Positions 49,152 through 58,998 are shown, counted from the first letter of the stretch. The stretch: 64,000 nt of DNA from a bacterium (GCA_030427125.1 JAUHXF010000001.1:116102-180101), one strand, 5' to 3'. Numbers and translations are program-made. Notes: a model not told the origin generated them from the sequence alone.

Positions 49152-50012
49152 CTAACCCCCACAGACGCTATCACTTAGTGGTACAAGGTTAGCGAATCGA
49201 TCTTGCACCTGTTGTTCAGTCGGCTCTGTGTCTTGCACGAATATAACGACATTACCGATCAGGTTATTAATGCGCTCAAGTCGCGCTTCATCATTTTCAA
49301 ACTCTGATTCATCATGTCCATCATCCTCCATGCCGTGGGCATAGGCTTTTTGAGTGAACCAATCAAGCGGGTTGAATGAAGTTTCTTCATCAGTGTTTAA
49401 GTAGCTTTTCTTGCCCAAAAAATCCTCAAGATCCATATTGAGAAAATCGTTCCAGTCTTTTTGCTCATAACTATTTTCATCACCAATATAGACGTAGAAA
49501 TTGGCTCCTTCTGGGATATCTGGCAACAGATCGCCAGCTGTTCTAACATGATGCATGCGCATCATTCCTTGGTCATAACGTCGACCAAGTGAATCATCCT
49601 CTCCACCAATAAGATTCCAGCCGTAGAACTTCAAGAATTCACCACCAGTAATACCGCTCCAGTGTACATGAGCCATTTGGTCCATTTCGTCATGGAAATC
49701 GATTGGCTGACCAGTCAGCTCAGCACTACAAGAGTTTTTATCATACTCTTCTTGGAAATCATGGTGGGAGAAATCAACGGGCTCACCATCTACAACAATT
49801 TGAGTCCTCAAATGGTAATGCTCGAATTCTGGATTACGCAAATGAGCTGGTGTTGATGCATACAAGTATCCGTAATAGCCACCGCTAAGTAACAATACAG
49901 CCAGCGCTACCAGTCCGCCTTTAATAAACCATGTTTTCTTGTTGGAAGATTTTTTTGTATTTTCAACCTCTTTCACATCTTTATTTTCTTGTTTTTCCTC
50001 TTCTTTTGCCAT
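49152..50012 (-). CDS. Membrane-anchored His/Met-rich hypothetical protein
   Basis: Single TM; HYH, FHD...HVHW...T.GEF, MMRMHH; in the copper operon. Confidence 0.7.
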   Translation of the reverse strand: MAKEEEKQENKDVKEVENTKKSSNKKTWFIKGGLVALAVLLLSGGYYGYLYASTPAHLRNPEFEHYHLRTQIVVDGEPVDFSHHDFQEEYDKNSCSAELTGQPIDFHDEMDQMAHVHWSGITGGEFLKFYGWNLIGGEDDSLGRRYDQGMMRMHHVRTAGDLLPDIPEGANFYVYIGDENSYEQKDWNDFLNMDLEDFLGKKSYLNTDEETSFNPLDWFTQKAYAHGMEDDGHDESEFENDEARLERINNLIGNVVIFVQDTEPTEQQVQDRFANLVPLSDSVCGG

Positions 50013-50013
50013 G

Positions 50014-52026
50014 TTACACCTCCTTAGTTCTTAGTAACTGTGCATTAAATGCAACGATAATTGTTGATAGCGACATCAGTACAGCGCCAATTGCTGGCGA
50101 TAACACAAAACCGACGCCCGCTAAGGCTCCAGCAGCAAGTGGTATTGCTATAACGTTATATCCAGTTGCCCACACAAGATTCTGCTGCATTTTTCTATAC
50201 GTTGCCTTTGATAGATTAATTATGCGCGATACGCCTTGTGGGTCGCTACTTGCAAGCACAATACTAGCTGATTCAATGGCTACGTCTGTGCCTGCACCAA
50301 TAGCAATGCCAACATCAGCTTGCGTGAGCGCTGGCGCATCATTTACACCATCTCCAACAAAGGCGACTTTCTTGCCATCCTTTTGCAATTTCTTGACTAC
50401 ATCTGACTTATTCTCAGGCAGTACTTCTGCATGGTAGTCATCGATTCCGAGCTGATCGGCCACCCAAGAAGCCACACCCCTGGAGTCGCCAGTGACTATC
50501 GCGACTTTTTTGCCAGCTTTCTGCAGAGTCTTAACAGCGGATTTAGATTCTTCTCGAATGGTATCTGCAATCATAAAAGCGCCTAAAACTTCATTTCCGG
50601 TTATGGCGTAGACAACTGTCTGACCATTTTCGTGTGCTTTATCGGTAGCTTTTTGCAGTTTAGAATTCAGTTGAGCTTTTTGTTCTTTTAGGAGTCTTGG
50701 GCCACCAACGTAGTAGGTAGTCTTTCCGATCTTTGCCTTAGCGCCACGACCCTCGAGCGCACTGAAATTATCAGCAGACTTTATCTTTACTTTTGTGTCC
50801 TTGGCCTTGGTAACGATGGCTTCGGCAATTGGATGTTCTGAATCTTGCTCTACACCGGCAGCAATAGCAAGCAACTCTTCTTTAATGTCAGCAACAATAT
50901 CAACCACGCCTTGTTCGCCAGTTGTAAGGGTTCCAGTTTTATCAAAAAGAACGACGTCTACATTACGCACGAGTTCCAAAGCGCTTCTTTCTCGTACAAT
51001 TACTCCCGCACTTGCTGCTTTGCTGGTTGAAATAGCTGTAACCAATGGAATCGCTAACCCTAGTGCATGCGGACAGGCGATGATTAATACCGCCACCACT
51101 CGCTCAAGTGTGTAGCCACCTGATTCGCCAGCGATTGACCACCCGATCGCAGTTACGAACGCAGCTATGAGTGCGATATAAAAAAGATAGGCTGCAGCTC
51201 TGTCGGCTAGAATTTGTGTTTTAGATTTGCTATTTTGAGCATCAGAAACAAGCTTCATAATTCCAGCAAGAGCAGTATCGTCACCAATTTTAGTTACTTT
51301 CATAGTAAGTGAACCACTGCCGTTAACGGTACCAGCTGCTAATTCACTATCCTTGGCCTTATCTACCGGTTTTGATTCACCAGTCAGCATCGATTCGTTA
51401 ACCTTGGATTCACCCTTAATAACGACACCATCAACAGGTATTTGTGAACCGGGGCGTATAAGTACCTTATCTCCGACTTTCAGCTCTTTAACCGACACCG
51501 TCTTAGTCCCAGATTTAGTCACTAATTCAGCTTCGTCAGGTAGAAGCTTGGCAAGTTCGTTTAATGCTCCTTGCGCGTTCATGACAGACGCCATCTCTAA
51601 CCAGTGACCAAGTAACATAATCGTTACGAGGGAGGCAAGCTCCCACCAGAAATCCATACCATCTACAATGTTGAGTGTAATAAGTGAGCTATATATAAAT
51701 GCAACACTAATTGCGAGTGAGATAAGCGTCATCATGCCCGGTTGACGGTTGGCAATTTCTGCTTTTGCACTCTTTAGAAAAACCAAACCACCGTAAAAGA
51801 AAATAATCACTCCAAAAATTGCCGGGATGTATTCACTTCCTGTGAACGAAATAGCGTTGTAGCCCAATAAATCTTGAATGGTTTGGGAAAAATATAGGAC
51901 TGGCAGAGTGAACAGTAGCGATAACCAGAATTTCTGCTTAAACATATTGGGGTTATGGCCCGCATGTTTATCATGGCCTCCATGCTCTGAATGATTCATA
52001 TGATGGTGATGCTCGTGATGATTCAT
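50014..52026 (-). CDS. copB: Copper-translocating P1B-type ATPase, CopB-like
   Basis: His-rich N-terminus, TGES, CPH, DKTGT, SEHP, GDGVND, YN...P, MSLST. Confidence 0.9.
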   Translation of the reverse strand: MNHHEHHHHMNHSEHGGHDKHAGHNPNMFKQKFWLSLLFTLPVLYFSQTIQDLLGYNAISFTGSEYIPAIFGVIIFFYGGLVFLKSAKAEIANRQPGMMTLISLAISVAFIYSSLITLNIVDGMDFWWELASLVTIMLLGHWLEMASVMNAQGALNELAKLLPDEAELVTKSGTKTVSVKELKVGDKVLIRPGSQIPVDGVVIKGESKVNESMLTGESKPVDKAKDSELAAGTVNGSGSLTMKVTKIGDDTALAGIMKLVSDAQNSKSKTQILADRAAAYLFYIALIAAFVTAIGWSIAGESGGYTLERVVAVLIIACPHALGLAIPLVTAISTSKAASAGVIVRERSALELVRNVDVVLFDKTGTLTTGEQGVVDIVADIKEELLAIAAGVEQDSEHPIAEAIVTKAKDTKVKIKSADNFSALEGRGAKAKIGKTTYYVGGPRLLKEQKAQLNSKLQKATDKAHENGQTVVYAITGNEVLGAFMIADTIREESKSAVKTLQKAGKKVAIVTGDSRGVASWVADQLGIDDYHAEVLPENKSDVVKKLQKDGKKVAFVGDGVNDAPALTQADVGIAIGAGTDVAIESASIVLASSDPQGVSRIINLSKATYRKMQQNLVWATGYNVIAIPLAAGALAGVGFVLSPAIGAVLMSLSTIIVAFNAQLLRTKEV

Positions 52027-52030
52027 GAAA

Positions 52031-52312
52031 TTAACCTCGTACGTTCGTTAAGTCATAAATCCGCAACATCTCATCGATAATTTCCTGTTGAGTTTTTGCA
52101 TCACCCTCGGTCATGCCTTCTTTAACATGGGTCTTCATGTGGTTTTCTAGTACTAGTTTATTAAGAGAGCGGAGAGACTGCTGGATAGCTAAACTTTGGG
52201 TAAGAATATCTATGCAATATTCTTCCTTTTCAATTGCTTTAATCAGCCCCTTAAACTGTCCCTCAATAATCTTTGACCTGTGTGTCGCGCGTTTTTTAAT
52301 ATCTTGAATCAT
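52031..52312 (-). CDS. csoR: CsoR/RcnR-family metal-sensing repressor
   Basis: R.K.IEGQ..G.....E...YC.DIL.Q..A......L...LENH..TH; start at ATG 52312. Confidence 0.88.
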   Translation of the reverse strand: MIQDIKKRATHRSKIIEGQFKGLIKAIEKEEYCIDILTQSLAIQQSLRSLNKLVLENHMKTHVKEGMTEGDAKTQQEIIDEMLRIYDLTNVRG

Positions 52313-52323
52313 ACATACAATAT

Positions 52324-52340
52324 ATACCCCCATGGGGTAT
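52324..52340. promoter_or_regulatory. CsoR-type operator
   Basis: Perfect ATACCCC-CAT-GGGGTAT palindrome lying between -35 (TTGCAT) and -10 (TATATT) of csoR. Confidence 0.85.
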
Positions 52341-52362
52341 TAATGCAACTTTTCAAGCAACT

Positions 52363-52386
52363 AAAAAACGCCTCTGTCTTGAGGCG
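52363..52386 (-). terminator. Terminator downstream of the tRNA-Arg/tRNA-Lys transcript
   Basis: Reverse complement CGCCTCAAGACAGAGGCG followed by TTTTTT. Confidence 0.75.
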
Positions 52387-52576
52387 AATTTGAGTTACAA
52401 ATGTTGTAATTTACTCTGGAGGGCCATCTGGGACAATGCACGTTTCGTCGTATTCTCGAAGCGAGCTTCTGTGAGAACTCCTTACGAGCGAACCCATCCG
52501 CCTGTCGGCGGAATCTGGGTTCTCGTCGCTAAATACATTTCCAATTCAAAAAGCCACACAATGTGGCTTCATGAAT

Positions 52577-52653
52577 TGGAGGGCCTGGTGGGATTCGAAC
52601 CCACGACACGCGGCTTAAGAGGCCGCTGCTCTAACCAACTGAGCTACAGGCCC
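52577..52653 (-). tRNA. tRNA-Lys(CTT)
   Basis: Reverse complement GGGCCTG...GCGGC-CTCTTAA-GCCGC...TTCGAAT...CAGGCCC-T-CCA. Confidence 0.96.
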
Positions 52654-52663
52654 ACATATATTG

Positions 52664-52738
52664 TGGTGCGCCCGCAGGGACTCGAACCCCGAATAATGGT
52701 TCCGAAGACCATTGTGATATCCATTTCACCACAGGCGC
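52664..52738 (-). tRNA. tRNA-Arg(TCG)
   Basis: Reverse complement GCGCCTG...ATGGT-CTTCGGA-ACCAT...TTCGAGT...CGGGCGC-A-CCA. Confidence 0.93.
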
Positions 52739-52849
52739 ACGTCAGAAATTTGTCTTACTTTCGTTTTGCTAATCCTCTCGCAAAACGAGAAGCTGCAATC
52801 GGAAGATAATTTTAACAGAAAACAGATAAGAATGCTAGAATGCAATGGT

Positions 52850-53677
52850 ATGAAAAAAGAATTAAACGGTGCAGAGCTTGCTGATTTTGTCAAAGAACGA
52901 CAAGCTAAGGCTGTGCGCGGGTTGCGTCAACAATGGAATATACTGCCGAAGCTCGCGATTATTCGTACTAATCCAGAACCAGTGGTAGATAGCTATATGC
53001 GTATCAAAACTGGGTACGGTGAAGATATTCTTATTGATGTCGAGGTACATACAATTGACCAATCGGAAGCAATGCAGACTATACAGCGTTTAAATTCCGA
53101 TGATGCAGTGCATGGGATAATCGTACAGATTCCACTCCCTGATAGATCTCAAACCACTGAAGTCCTAAATGCGGTTGCGGCACAAAAAGACGTTGATGGT
53201 CTCAGCGAAAAATCACGATTCGACGCACCGACGCCAGTTGCTATAACGTGGCTACTGAACGGCTATAACATTGAGCTAGCAGGCAAGAAAATAGTACTCG
53301 TTGGCAATGGCCGGCTCGTTGGCAAGCCGCTCGCGCGTATGTGGAAGCAATCCGGCTATGATGTGACCGTGGCAGATAAAAATACTGCGAATCTTCCTGA
53401 GCTTACAAGACAAGCTGATGTACTTGTGTCGGCTACTGGTGTGCCAGGGCTTATAACTGTAGATATGGTGAAGCCAGATGCAGTTATCGTTGACGCTGGT
53501 GTGGCGACAGACAGTAATGGACTCATTGGTGACGTGTCCCAAGACGCTCGAGATCTGCCAGGAGTAATTATGACACCAGTAAAAGGTGGGGTGGGCCCGT
53601 TGACCGTTGCAGCGTTATTCGAGAACGTTATATCCGCCGCGCGTTCAACTGTGAAATCGGATTTAAATCCGAGTTAA
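52850..53677 (+). CDS. folD: Bifunctional methylene-THF dehydrogenase/cyclohydrolase FolD
   Basis: LNG..LA, Y...K, HGIIVQIPLP, KDVDGL, G.LVGKP, TPVKGGVGPLT; start at ATG 52850. Confidence 0.95.
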   Translation: MKKELNGAELADFVKERQAKAVRGLRQQWNILPKLAIIRTNPEPVVDSYMRIKTGYGEDILIDVEVHTIDQSEAMQTIQRLNSDDAVHGIIVQIPLPDRSQTTEVLNAVAAQKDVDGLSEKSRFDAPTPVAITWLLNGYNIELAGKKIVLVGNGRLVGKPLARMWKQSGYDVTVADKNTANLPELTRQADVLVSATGVPGLITVDMVKPDAVIVDAGVATDSNGLIGDVSQDARDLPGVIMTPVKGGVGPLTVAALFENVISAARSTVKSDLNPS

Positions 53678-53686
53678 ATCCGATTT
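53654..53686. repeat. Three tandem 11-bp palindromic units (second copy)
   Basis: AAATCGGATTT-AAATCCGAGTT-AAATCCGATTT at the folD/murD convergence. Confidence 0.9.
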
Positions 53687-53696
53687 CTATTTTTTG

Positions 53697-54959
53697 CTAT
53701 GTTAACTCAAGAACTGCTTGCTGAAAAAGGCTGCCTTTTTCTTCGAATGAACTCCACAAGACAGTGCTAGGAGCTGCTGTCGATAGTAGACAGATGCTGC
53801 CGCTTGGCGTTTGTTCTGCTGCCCAGTTAACTGCTTCTTTCATGTCACGCGTCTCAAAAATGTCTGGTGTATACGATTCAGGTAGTTGAGATTTAATTAT
53901 AGCGCCGGTATCTGGAAACAGCACTAGTTTCGGTATGCCCACTCGGCTAATCATCCGTATCAGTTCAGAGAAGTCGTATTCTCGATCAACACCACCAAGC
54001 ATGATGCAACCCACTGGCCCTCTGTTACGGATGAGGGCTTCAATACCTGCTATTGTTGCCTCTGGTGTCGAGCCGATGGCATCATCAACAAACGTCACGC
54101 CGTTCACGTTCTTAACCGTTTGCAGACGATGTCTAACGGGTTCAAATTCCCGCAGTGACAGCATCGTGATGTTCCTATCAACGCCAAGCGACTCTGCAAC
54201 TGTCCTCGCCATAAGGAAGTTGAGCCGATTATGATCACCAATAAGCTTTGCTTGCGACATATCGATAGTTTCATTGGGGTCAATTGCAACCGTTTTAGCT
54301 TTCGTGTCTGCAATCCAGTGCAAGGCGAATTCAGTCTGTGGGTTATAAACAAACATACCACTCTCATCCATGTGACGCATAATATTACGCTTTGCTTCCC
54401 AATACGCATCAATGCTGCCGTGGTAGTCTATATGGTCTCGGAAGAGGTTTGTGAGTATCGCTACATCAGGGCTTTGTGTAAGTTCATTCAGCTGAAAACT
54501 AGAAAGCTCGACGACAAATATATCTGTGCTCTTTGCGTCTCTTAAGGAATCGAGCATTGGATCACCCATGTTGCCACAGAGCCTAACCGGAAAACCGCCG
54601 TTTTTCAGCATGAAGGCGAGGAGTGATGCTGTCGTTGTTTTACCTTTTGTACCAGTCACACCAATTGTCTTTGCTCCAAGTTGCTTTACGCAGTCGAAAA
54701 ACACTCGAGTTGGTGTCGTATACGGTAACGGCAGCTGATTACCGGGATAACCTGCTGTTTTTACAAATATGGTTGATTCAGGGTTCATTGCTTGTAGTTC
54801 TGTAAGCTGTGTTTCTTTTGTGTCCTCGGTTAAGTACACAGATTTTAAAGATTTTATCTGCGCATTATCGGTGATAAATTTTTCAAAGCTAGACCACTCT
54901 TTGCCTTTACCTATAAAAACCACATCTTTACCCGTAAAGTACTCTAGATTAAATATCAT
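53697..54959 (-). CDS. murD: MurD/MurD2 glutamate ligase
   Basis: GVTGTKGKTTT, GNMG, VELSSFQL, DH.DYH, HRLQ, LGG.DR, FEEKG; coupled to murL. Confidence 0.9.
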   Translation of the reverse strand: MIFNLEYFTGKDVVFIGKGKEWSSFEKFITDNAQIKSLKSVYLTEDTKETQLTELQAMNPESTIFVKTAGYPGNQLPLPYTTPTRVFFDCVKQLGAKTIGVTGTKGKTTTASLLAFMLKNGGFPVRLCGNMGDPMLDSLRDAKSTDIFVVELSSFQLNELTQSPDVAILTNLFRDHIDYHGSIDAYWEAKRNIMRHMDESGMFVYNPQTEFALHWIADTKAKTVAIDPNETIDMSQAKLIGDHNRLNFLMARTVAESLGVDRNITMLSLREFEPVRHRLQTVKNVNGVTFVDDAIGSTPEATIAGIEALIRNRGPVGCIMLGGVDREYDFSELIRMISRVGIPKLVLFPDTGAIIKSQLPESYTPDIFETRDMKEAVNWAAEQTPSGSICLLSTAAPSTVLWSSFEEKGSLFQQAVLELT

Positions 54960-56299
54960 AATAGTTTCTCCTGTATTTTCTGTGTTAAGGCAGTGTTTAT
55001 TTTTGGTGGAAATGCTGATTCTTGTGAAAGTAGCTCAGCCTCCACAGTGCTCTTATCGTTACCAACGAGCCCTTCATTACTGGCTTTTTGCATTAGAGCT
55101 GTGTTTGTAAATCGCTCTTGTCTGTGGAGTTCTTGCAGTGAGTAAAGGAGCTCGTTTGGTGTACCGACGCAGTCTAGTATCGGAGTGTTGCTACGTCCGA
55201 GCAGCGATATAAAAAGTTCTTCCAGCTCAGGTTCGTCAAGAAAGTTACGTCCAAAAGTCTCTTTGAGTTGTTCATCGGTCATATATGGACTCATGAGAAT
55301 GAAGCTACTCAGCGATTTAGGAGAGTCGTGTGACCAGCGAGGGTGATCGCGTTCACCTTGTTTTATACGAAAGACACTGTTGTCGCTTGTGAAGACGTTA
55401 AAATAGCTTGGATACCGCGAGAATAACTTGGCTATACCAAGTGATGTGAGTGGACGTATTGCACTAAAGTATTGCAGCTGCTCATCAATCTCACGCACGA
55501 CGTATTCCTGGAATAAACGCTCAAACTCTAATGATTTACTCCATTGGTGATTGATATCCATGCCATCCCATGAGACATGCGGGATGCTTGCACTCGCTTC
55601 ATTAGCGACAACCACGTATTTACGCTGATCTGCAGCTGCCAACATACAACCAGTAAGTGCAAAAATAAGCGAAATAGGAATGTGCCCATTGAATGCACCA
55701 TCAAGTTTGTTGATTTCAATGATCTGTTGATCGAGTCTTCTTTTTACTGGCTGCAGGTTTATCCCCATTATGTCTGCTACATCTTTTGTTTGACCGAGAA
55801 TTTCGCCTGTTGCTAGCACAAAACCACTTACGTCGATAGAAAGTTCTTTTAACAGTTCGCCAGCAACGATTGAATCTTTGCCGCCACCGATTCCCAGCAA
55901 AGCTTTTTCTTCATATGTAGCGGATGCGCTTGTTATCTCAGTGCCATTTTGTGGGGTAAATTGTGCTAGTTTGTCTGCGCTAAGATTGTTCTTATACAAA
56001 AACTCACCGAGCCCATTTCTGTATACCGTATTCCAGAAAGACGCCTCGTAATCGCTCATATTGTAGGAGTGGAGAAGCTCAGGCGGTATGAATGCTTTGT
56101 AGTAGCTAATGCCTAATGCGAGGTGGAGTGCCTTCGTCAGCTTATCAGTAGTAACATTTTGCGGGATGGCAATTGGGAAATCGAGCGATTCAGAAAGTTG
56201 AAACGATTCTTCATCGGTTTTGATGACATATTCACAAGATAGTATTGTTCTATCTTCGTTCCACGTCGTTTTTGCAAAGCTGAAAGATACGCCGATCAT
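54956..56299 (-). CDS. murL: UDP-MurNAc-L-Ala-L-Glu epimerase MurL-like
   Basis: LHLALGISYYKA, PP-loop GIGGGKDS, FNGHIP.S, NE.SA, NHQWSKS.EFE; ATGA overlap with murD. Confidence 0.8.
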   Translation of the reverse strand: MIGVSFSFAKTTWNEDRTILSCEYVIKTDEESFQLSESLDFPIAIPQNVTTDKLTKALHLALGISYYKAFIPPELLHSYNMSDYEASFWNTVYRNGLGEFLYKNNLSADKLAQFTPQNGTEITSASATYEEKALLGIGGGKDSIVAGELLKELSIDVSGFVLATGEILGQTKDVADIMGINLQPVKRRLDQQIIEINKLDGAFNGHIPISLIFALTGCMLAAADQRKYVVVANEASASIPHVSWDGMDINHQWSKSLEFERLFQEYVVREIDEQLQYFSAIRPLTSLGIAKLFSRYPSYFNVFTSDNSVFRIKQGERDHPRWSHDSPKSLSSFILMSPYMTDEQLKETFGRNFLDEPELEELFISLLGRSNTPILDCVGTPNELLYSLQELHRQERFTNTALMQKASNEGLVGNDKSTVEAELLSQESAFPPKINTALTQKIQEKLL

Positions 56300-56318
56300 T
56301 AGAGGTATTATAGCCTAC

Positions 56319-56684
56319 TTACGCGACGTGTTCTTTGACCATTTCAGCGACTTGTCGAGGGGTCATATTTGCTTTTAGGATAAATGCCTCTACTTTAAGG
56401 TCTTTAATCGTTGCAGGTGCTTCGCTTTCTCCCATGTTTGTCAGAATAATCACTTTCAGGTCTTTGCCCCAGTCGGTTTCGCGCAGTTTCGTCAGCATTT
56501 CCTCGCCATCCATCTCAGGCATCATTAAATCGAGCAGAATGATATCTGGCTTCATTTCTTCAACGAGCGCCAGGCCTAACTTTCCATTCTCGGCAGTTTC
56601 TACCGTGTAACCTTCAGCTTCAAACTTTATACGGTACATCTGGCTGATAGCAGCATCGTCCTCAATAATTGCTATTTTACTCAT
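56319..56684 (-). CDS. Single-domain response regulator (receiver only)
   Basis: IIEDD, LLDLMMP (phosphoacceptor), ILTN, LK. Confidence 0.95.
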   Translation of the reverse strand: MSKIAIIEDDAAISQMYRIKFEAEGYTVETAENGKLGLALVEEMKPDIILLDLMMPEMDGEEMLTKLRETDWGKDLKVIILTNMGESEAPATIKDLKVEAFILKANMTPRQVAEMVKEHVA

Positions 56685-56688
56685 AGTT

Positions 56689-57810
56689 CTATTTAAGCAT
56701 ATTCACAACGTGAGTTAGAATATCTAGCCCTTTTTTGACCTCATTTATTTCAGCACCATATGAAAGCCGAACATATCCGTGTCGACTGGAAAATGCACGT
56801 CCAGGTACTAGTATAAGATTATGCTCAAGAAGTAATTCACAGAACTCTATATCTGTCATGTCGTTTGGCGCTCGGAAGAAGACATAGTAACTTCCTTGCA
56901 CGCCTTCAATTTGAAGCCCTAGTTCTGTAAGTGCATTCACCACCAGGTCTCTCTTCGTCTTATATTTGGTTGAGAGGTTTTGTTCTAGTCGGAGTGCAGT
57001 GATGGCTGCGTGTTGTGCGATGGCTGATGATGAAAAAACGGCGTATTGTTGTAGTTCATTGATTGCTTCTATGACATCAAGCGGGCCTGACATGAACCCG
57101 AGTCGCCATCCAGTCATAGCATGTTGTTTTGAAAAACCAAACATACTTATTGTATCTGGATAAACACTTCCGACACTAAAATGCTCCCCCTCATAGATAA
57201 AATGCTCGTATATCTCGTCAGAAATAATGTACAGTCCGTGTTTTTCAGCTAATTCTGCTACTGCTAAGAGGTCTTTTTTTGGATAGACGGTTCCTGTTGG
57301 ATTATTCGGACTATTAATGACAATGGCTCTCGTTTTATCAGTGATACTGGCTTCTATCGCGGCTAGGTTGAGCTGGAAGTCAGGGAGGGTTACGACCGAC
57401 ATGACTGTTACGCCGAGTGCATCTGCAAGCTGATCGTATGGCGGGTAGCCCGGATCCATGGTGATTATCTCGTCGCCCGGGTCCAAAATGCTCATGTACA
57501 CAAGAAGAAGCCCAGTTGTCAGGCCAGGAACAACTGTAATTTGGTCGACTGATGTGTGTATGTTGTTTTGTGTGGATAGCTTCTTTTGTACTTCTTCGCG
57601 CAACTCGAGCAATCCATTCGCAGGGGTATAGCCAGTTTTGTCGTCGTTTATGGCTGCTATGCCTGCCTGTTTGATAGCAGTATCTGTCTTCTCTTCAGGC
57701 GTGCCGACACTTAAATCTACGGGTGTATCAAGTAGTGCTTGTTTACGAAAGACGTCACGAAACACACTGCTGTCAAAACTATTAATTCTAGCTGATACTC
57801 GTTTTTTCAT
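56689..57810 (-). CDS. PLP-dependent aminotransferase class I/II
   Basis: LSVG.P, GY...G..ELR, NSPNNPTG, SDEIY, FSK..AMTGWRLG, VRLSY. Confidence 0.93.
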   Translation of the reverse strand: MKKRVSARINSFDSSVFRDVFRKQALLDTPVDLSVGTPEEKTDTAIKQAGIAAINDDKTGYTPANGLLELREEVQKKLSTQNNIHTSVDQITVVPGLTTGLLLVYMSILDPGDEIITMDPGYPPYDQLADALGVTVMSVVTLPDFQLNLAAIEASITDKTRAIVINSPNNPTGTVYPKKDLLAVAELAEKHGLYIISDEIYEHFIYEGEHFSVGSVYPDTISMFGFSKQHAMTGWRLGFMSGPLDVIEAINELQQYAVFSSSAIAQHAAITALRLEQNLSTKYKTKRDLVVNALTELGLQIEGVQGSYYVFFRAPNDMTDIEFCELLLEHNLILVPGRAFSSRHGYVRLSYGAEINEVKKGLDILTHVVNMLK

Positions 57811-57889
57811 TTTTATTTTCTTTTGATAGCTGGATTATACCATAAACTTTATATTCGAAACTTTGTCGGGTACTATGTTAACGATCACC

Positions 57890-58996
57890 ATGCACAAAAA
57901 ACTTACACACCTAGAAGTAGAAGGTTTATTGAAACAGAATGATAGCTTAAGCGTCCACGACGAAATGTCCTATGTAGCCGAGGAGCTTTTTGATATCGAG
58001 TTCCCGCAGAAAAAAGACAATAAATCTGAGAAAGAAATAGAAAAATTTTTTAATAAATTGACGAACAACGACCCAAATAACTGGGGTAGTTGGTTCTATT
58101 ATCCATGGCTTGGAAAGATTGTTCATGTGCCGCCAGTGGAGCAGTTTAGGGCGCTGAGAACCTCACGGAATAGAAATCTCGTCACCAAAGAAGAGCAGGA
58201 GCAGCTATATAACACGACAATATTGGTTGCAGGGCTGAGTGTCGGTAGTAACATAGTCGAGGCATTAGTCTCACAGGGAATAGGGGGCAAACTCGTCTTG
58301 GCGGACATGGATGTAATAGAGCCGAGTAACCTCAACAGAATTAGATCTCCGTATCATCACGTCGGATTACAAAAAACTGAGGCGATTGCTCAAAAATCGT
58401 ATGAGATAGACCCATATCTGGAAATAGTTCAGGTGACTGACGGCGTTAGCAATGAAACATTGGCTGAGATCTTAGAATCCGAAGGCATCGATGTGATAGT
58501 AGATGAAATCGATGATTTACCTATGAAGATAGCCATAAGGAAACATGCAAAAGCTCACGCTTTGCCGGTTGTTATGGCGGCAGATGACGGTGACAACTCA
58601 CTGGTTGAAATAGAGCGGTTTGACGAAAACAGTGAATTACCGATTTTCAATAATAGAATCCCAGAACCTATCTTAGACAAAGTTGAAAACGGTGATGTAA
58701 CTAGGGCAGAACAAGGTGTGATAATTGGTAAATACTTCGTAGGGTTTGAGCATGTTCCTTTGAGGATGTTTGAATCATTAGTCGAAGTAGGAAAGACTTT
58801 ACCGAGCTGGCCTCAGTTGGGCGGTGCGGCTACGTTATCAGGTGTTGCAATTGCGTACATCGTAAAAAGAATTGTTTTAGGTCAAGATGTACTGTCTGGA
58901 CAGACACTCATATCACTGGATGAAAAGTTGACCGAAGAACATAAAAGCTCAGAATACCAAGAAGCAAAACAAGCAATTATAAATAAAATGCAATAA
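57890..58996 (+). CDS. ThiF/E1-like adenylyltransferase (Rv1355c-like N-terminal half)
   Basis: WFYYPW, RT.RN...T.EEQ, GLSVGS, AD.D..E.SNLNR, DEID, WPQLG; no Cys; start may be 57875. Confidence 0.85.
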   Translation: MHKKLTHLEVEGLLKQNDSLSVHDEMSYVAEELFDIEFPQKKDNKSEKEIEKFFNKLTNNDPNNWGSWFYYPWLGKIVHVPPVEQFRALRTSRNRNLVTKEEQEQLYNTTILVAGLSVGSNIVEALVSQGIGGKLVLADMDVIEPSNLNRIRSPYHHVGLQKTEAIAQKSYEIDPYLEIVQVTDGVSNETLAEILESEGIDVIVDEIDDLPMKIAIRKHAKAHALPVVMAADDGDNSLVEIERFDENSELPIFNNRIPEPILDKVENGDVTRAEQGVIIGKYFVGFEHVPLRMFESLVEVGKTLPSWPQLGGAATLSGVAIAYIVKRIVLGQDVLSGQTLISLDEKLTEEHKSSEYQEAKQAIINKMQ

Positions 58997-58998
58997 TC

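Larger units (their letters stand above)
48059..52595. mobile_element. Integrase-less copper island at the 3' end of tRNA-Lys
   Basis: 17-bp direct repeat GAGGGCCTGGTGGGATT at 48059-48075 and inside tRNA-Lys (52579-52595); inner TGGAGGGCCA at 48214-48223 and 52417-52426. Confidence 0.75.

Noticed and set aside
52390-52809. 139-aa ORF on the + strand
   Set aside because: It is the antisense reading of tRNA-Lys and tRNA-Arg
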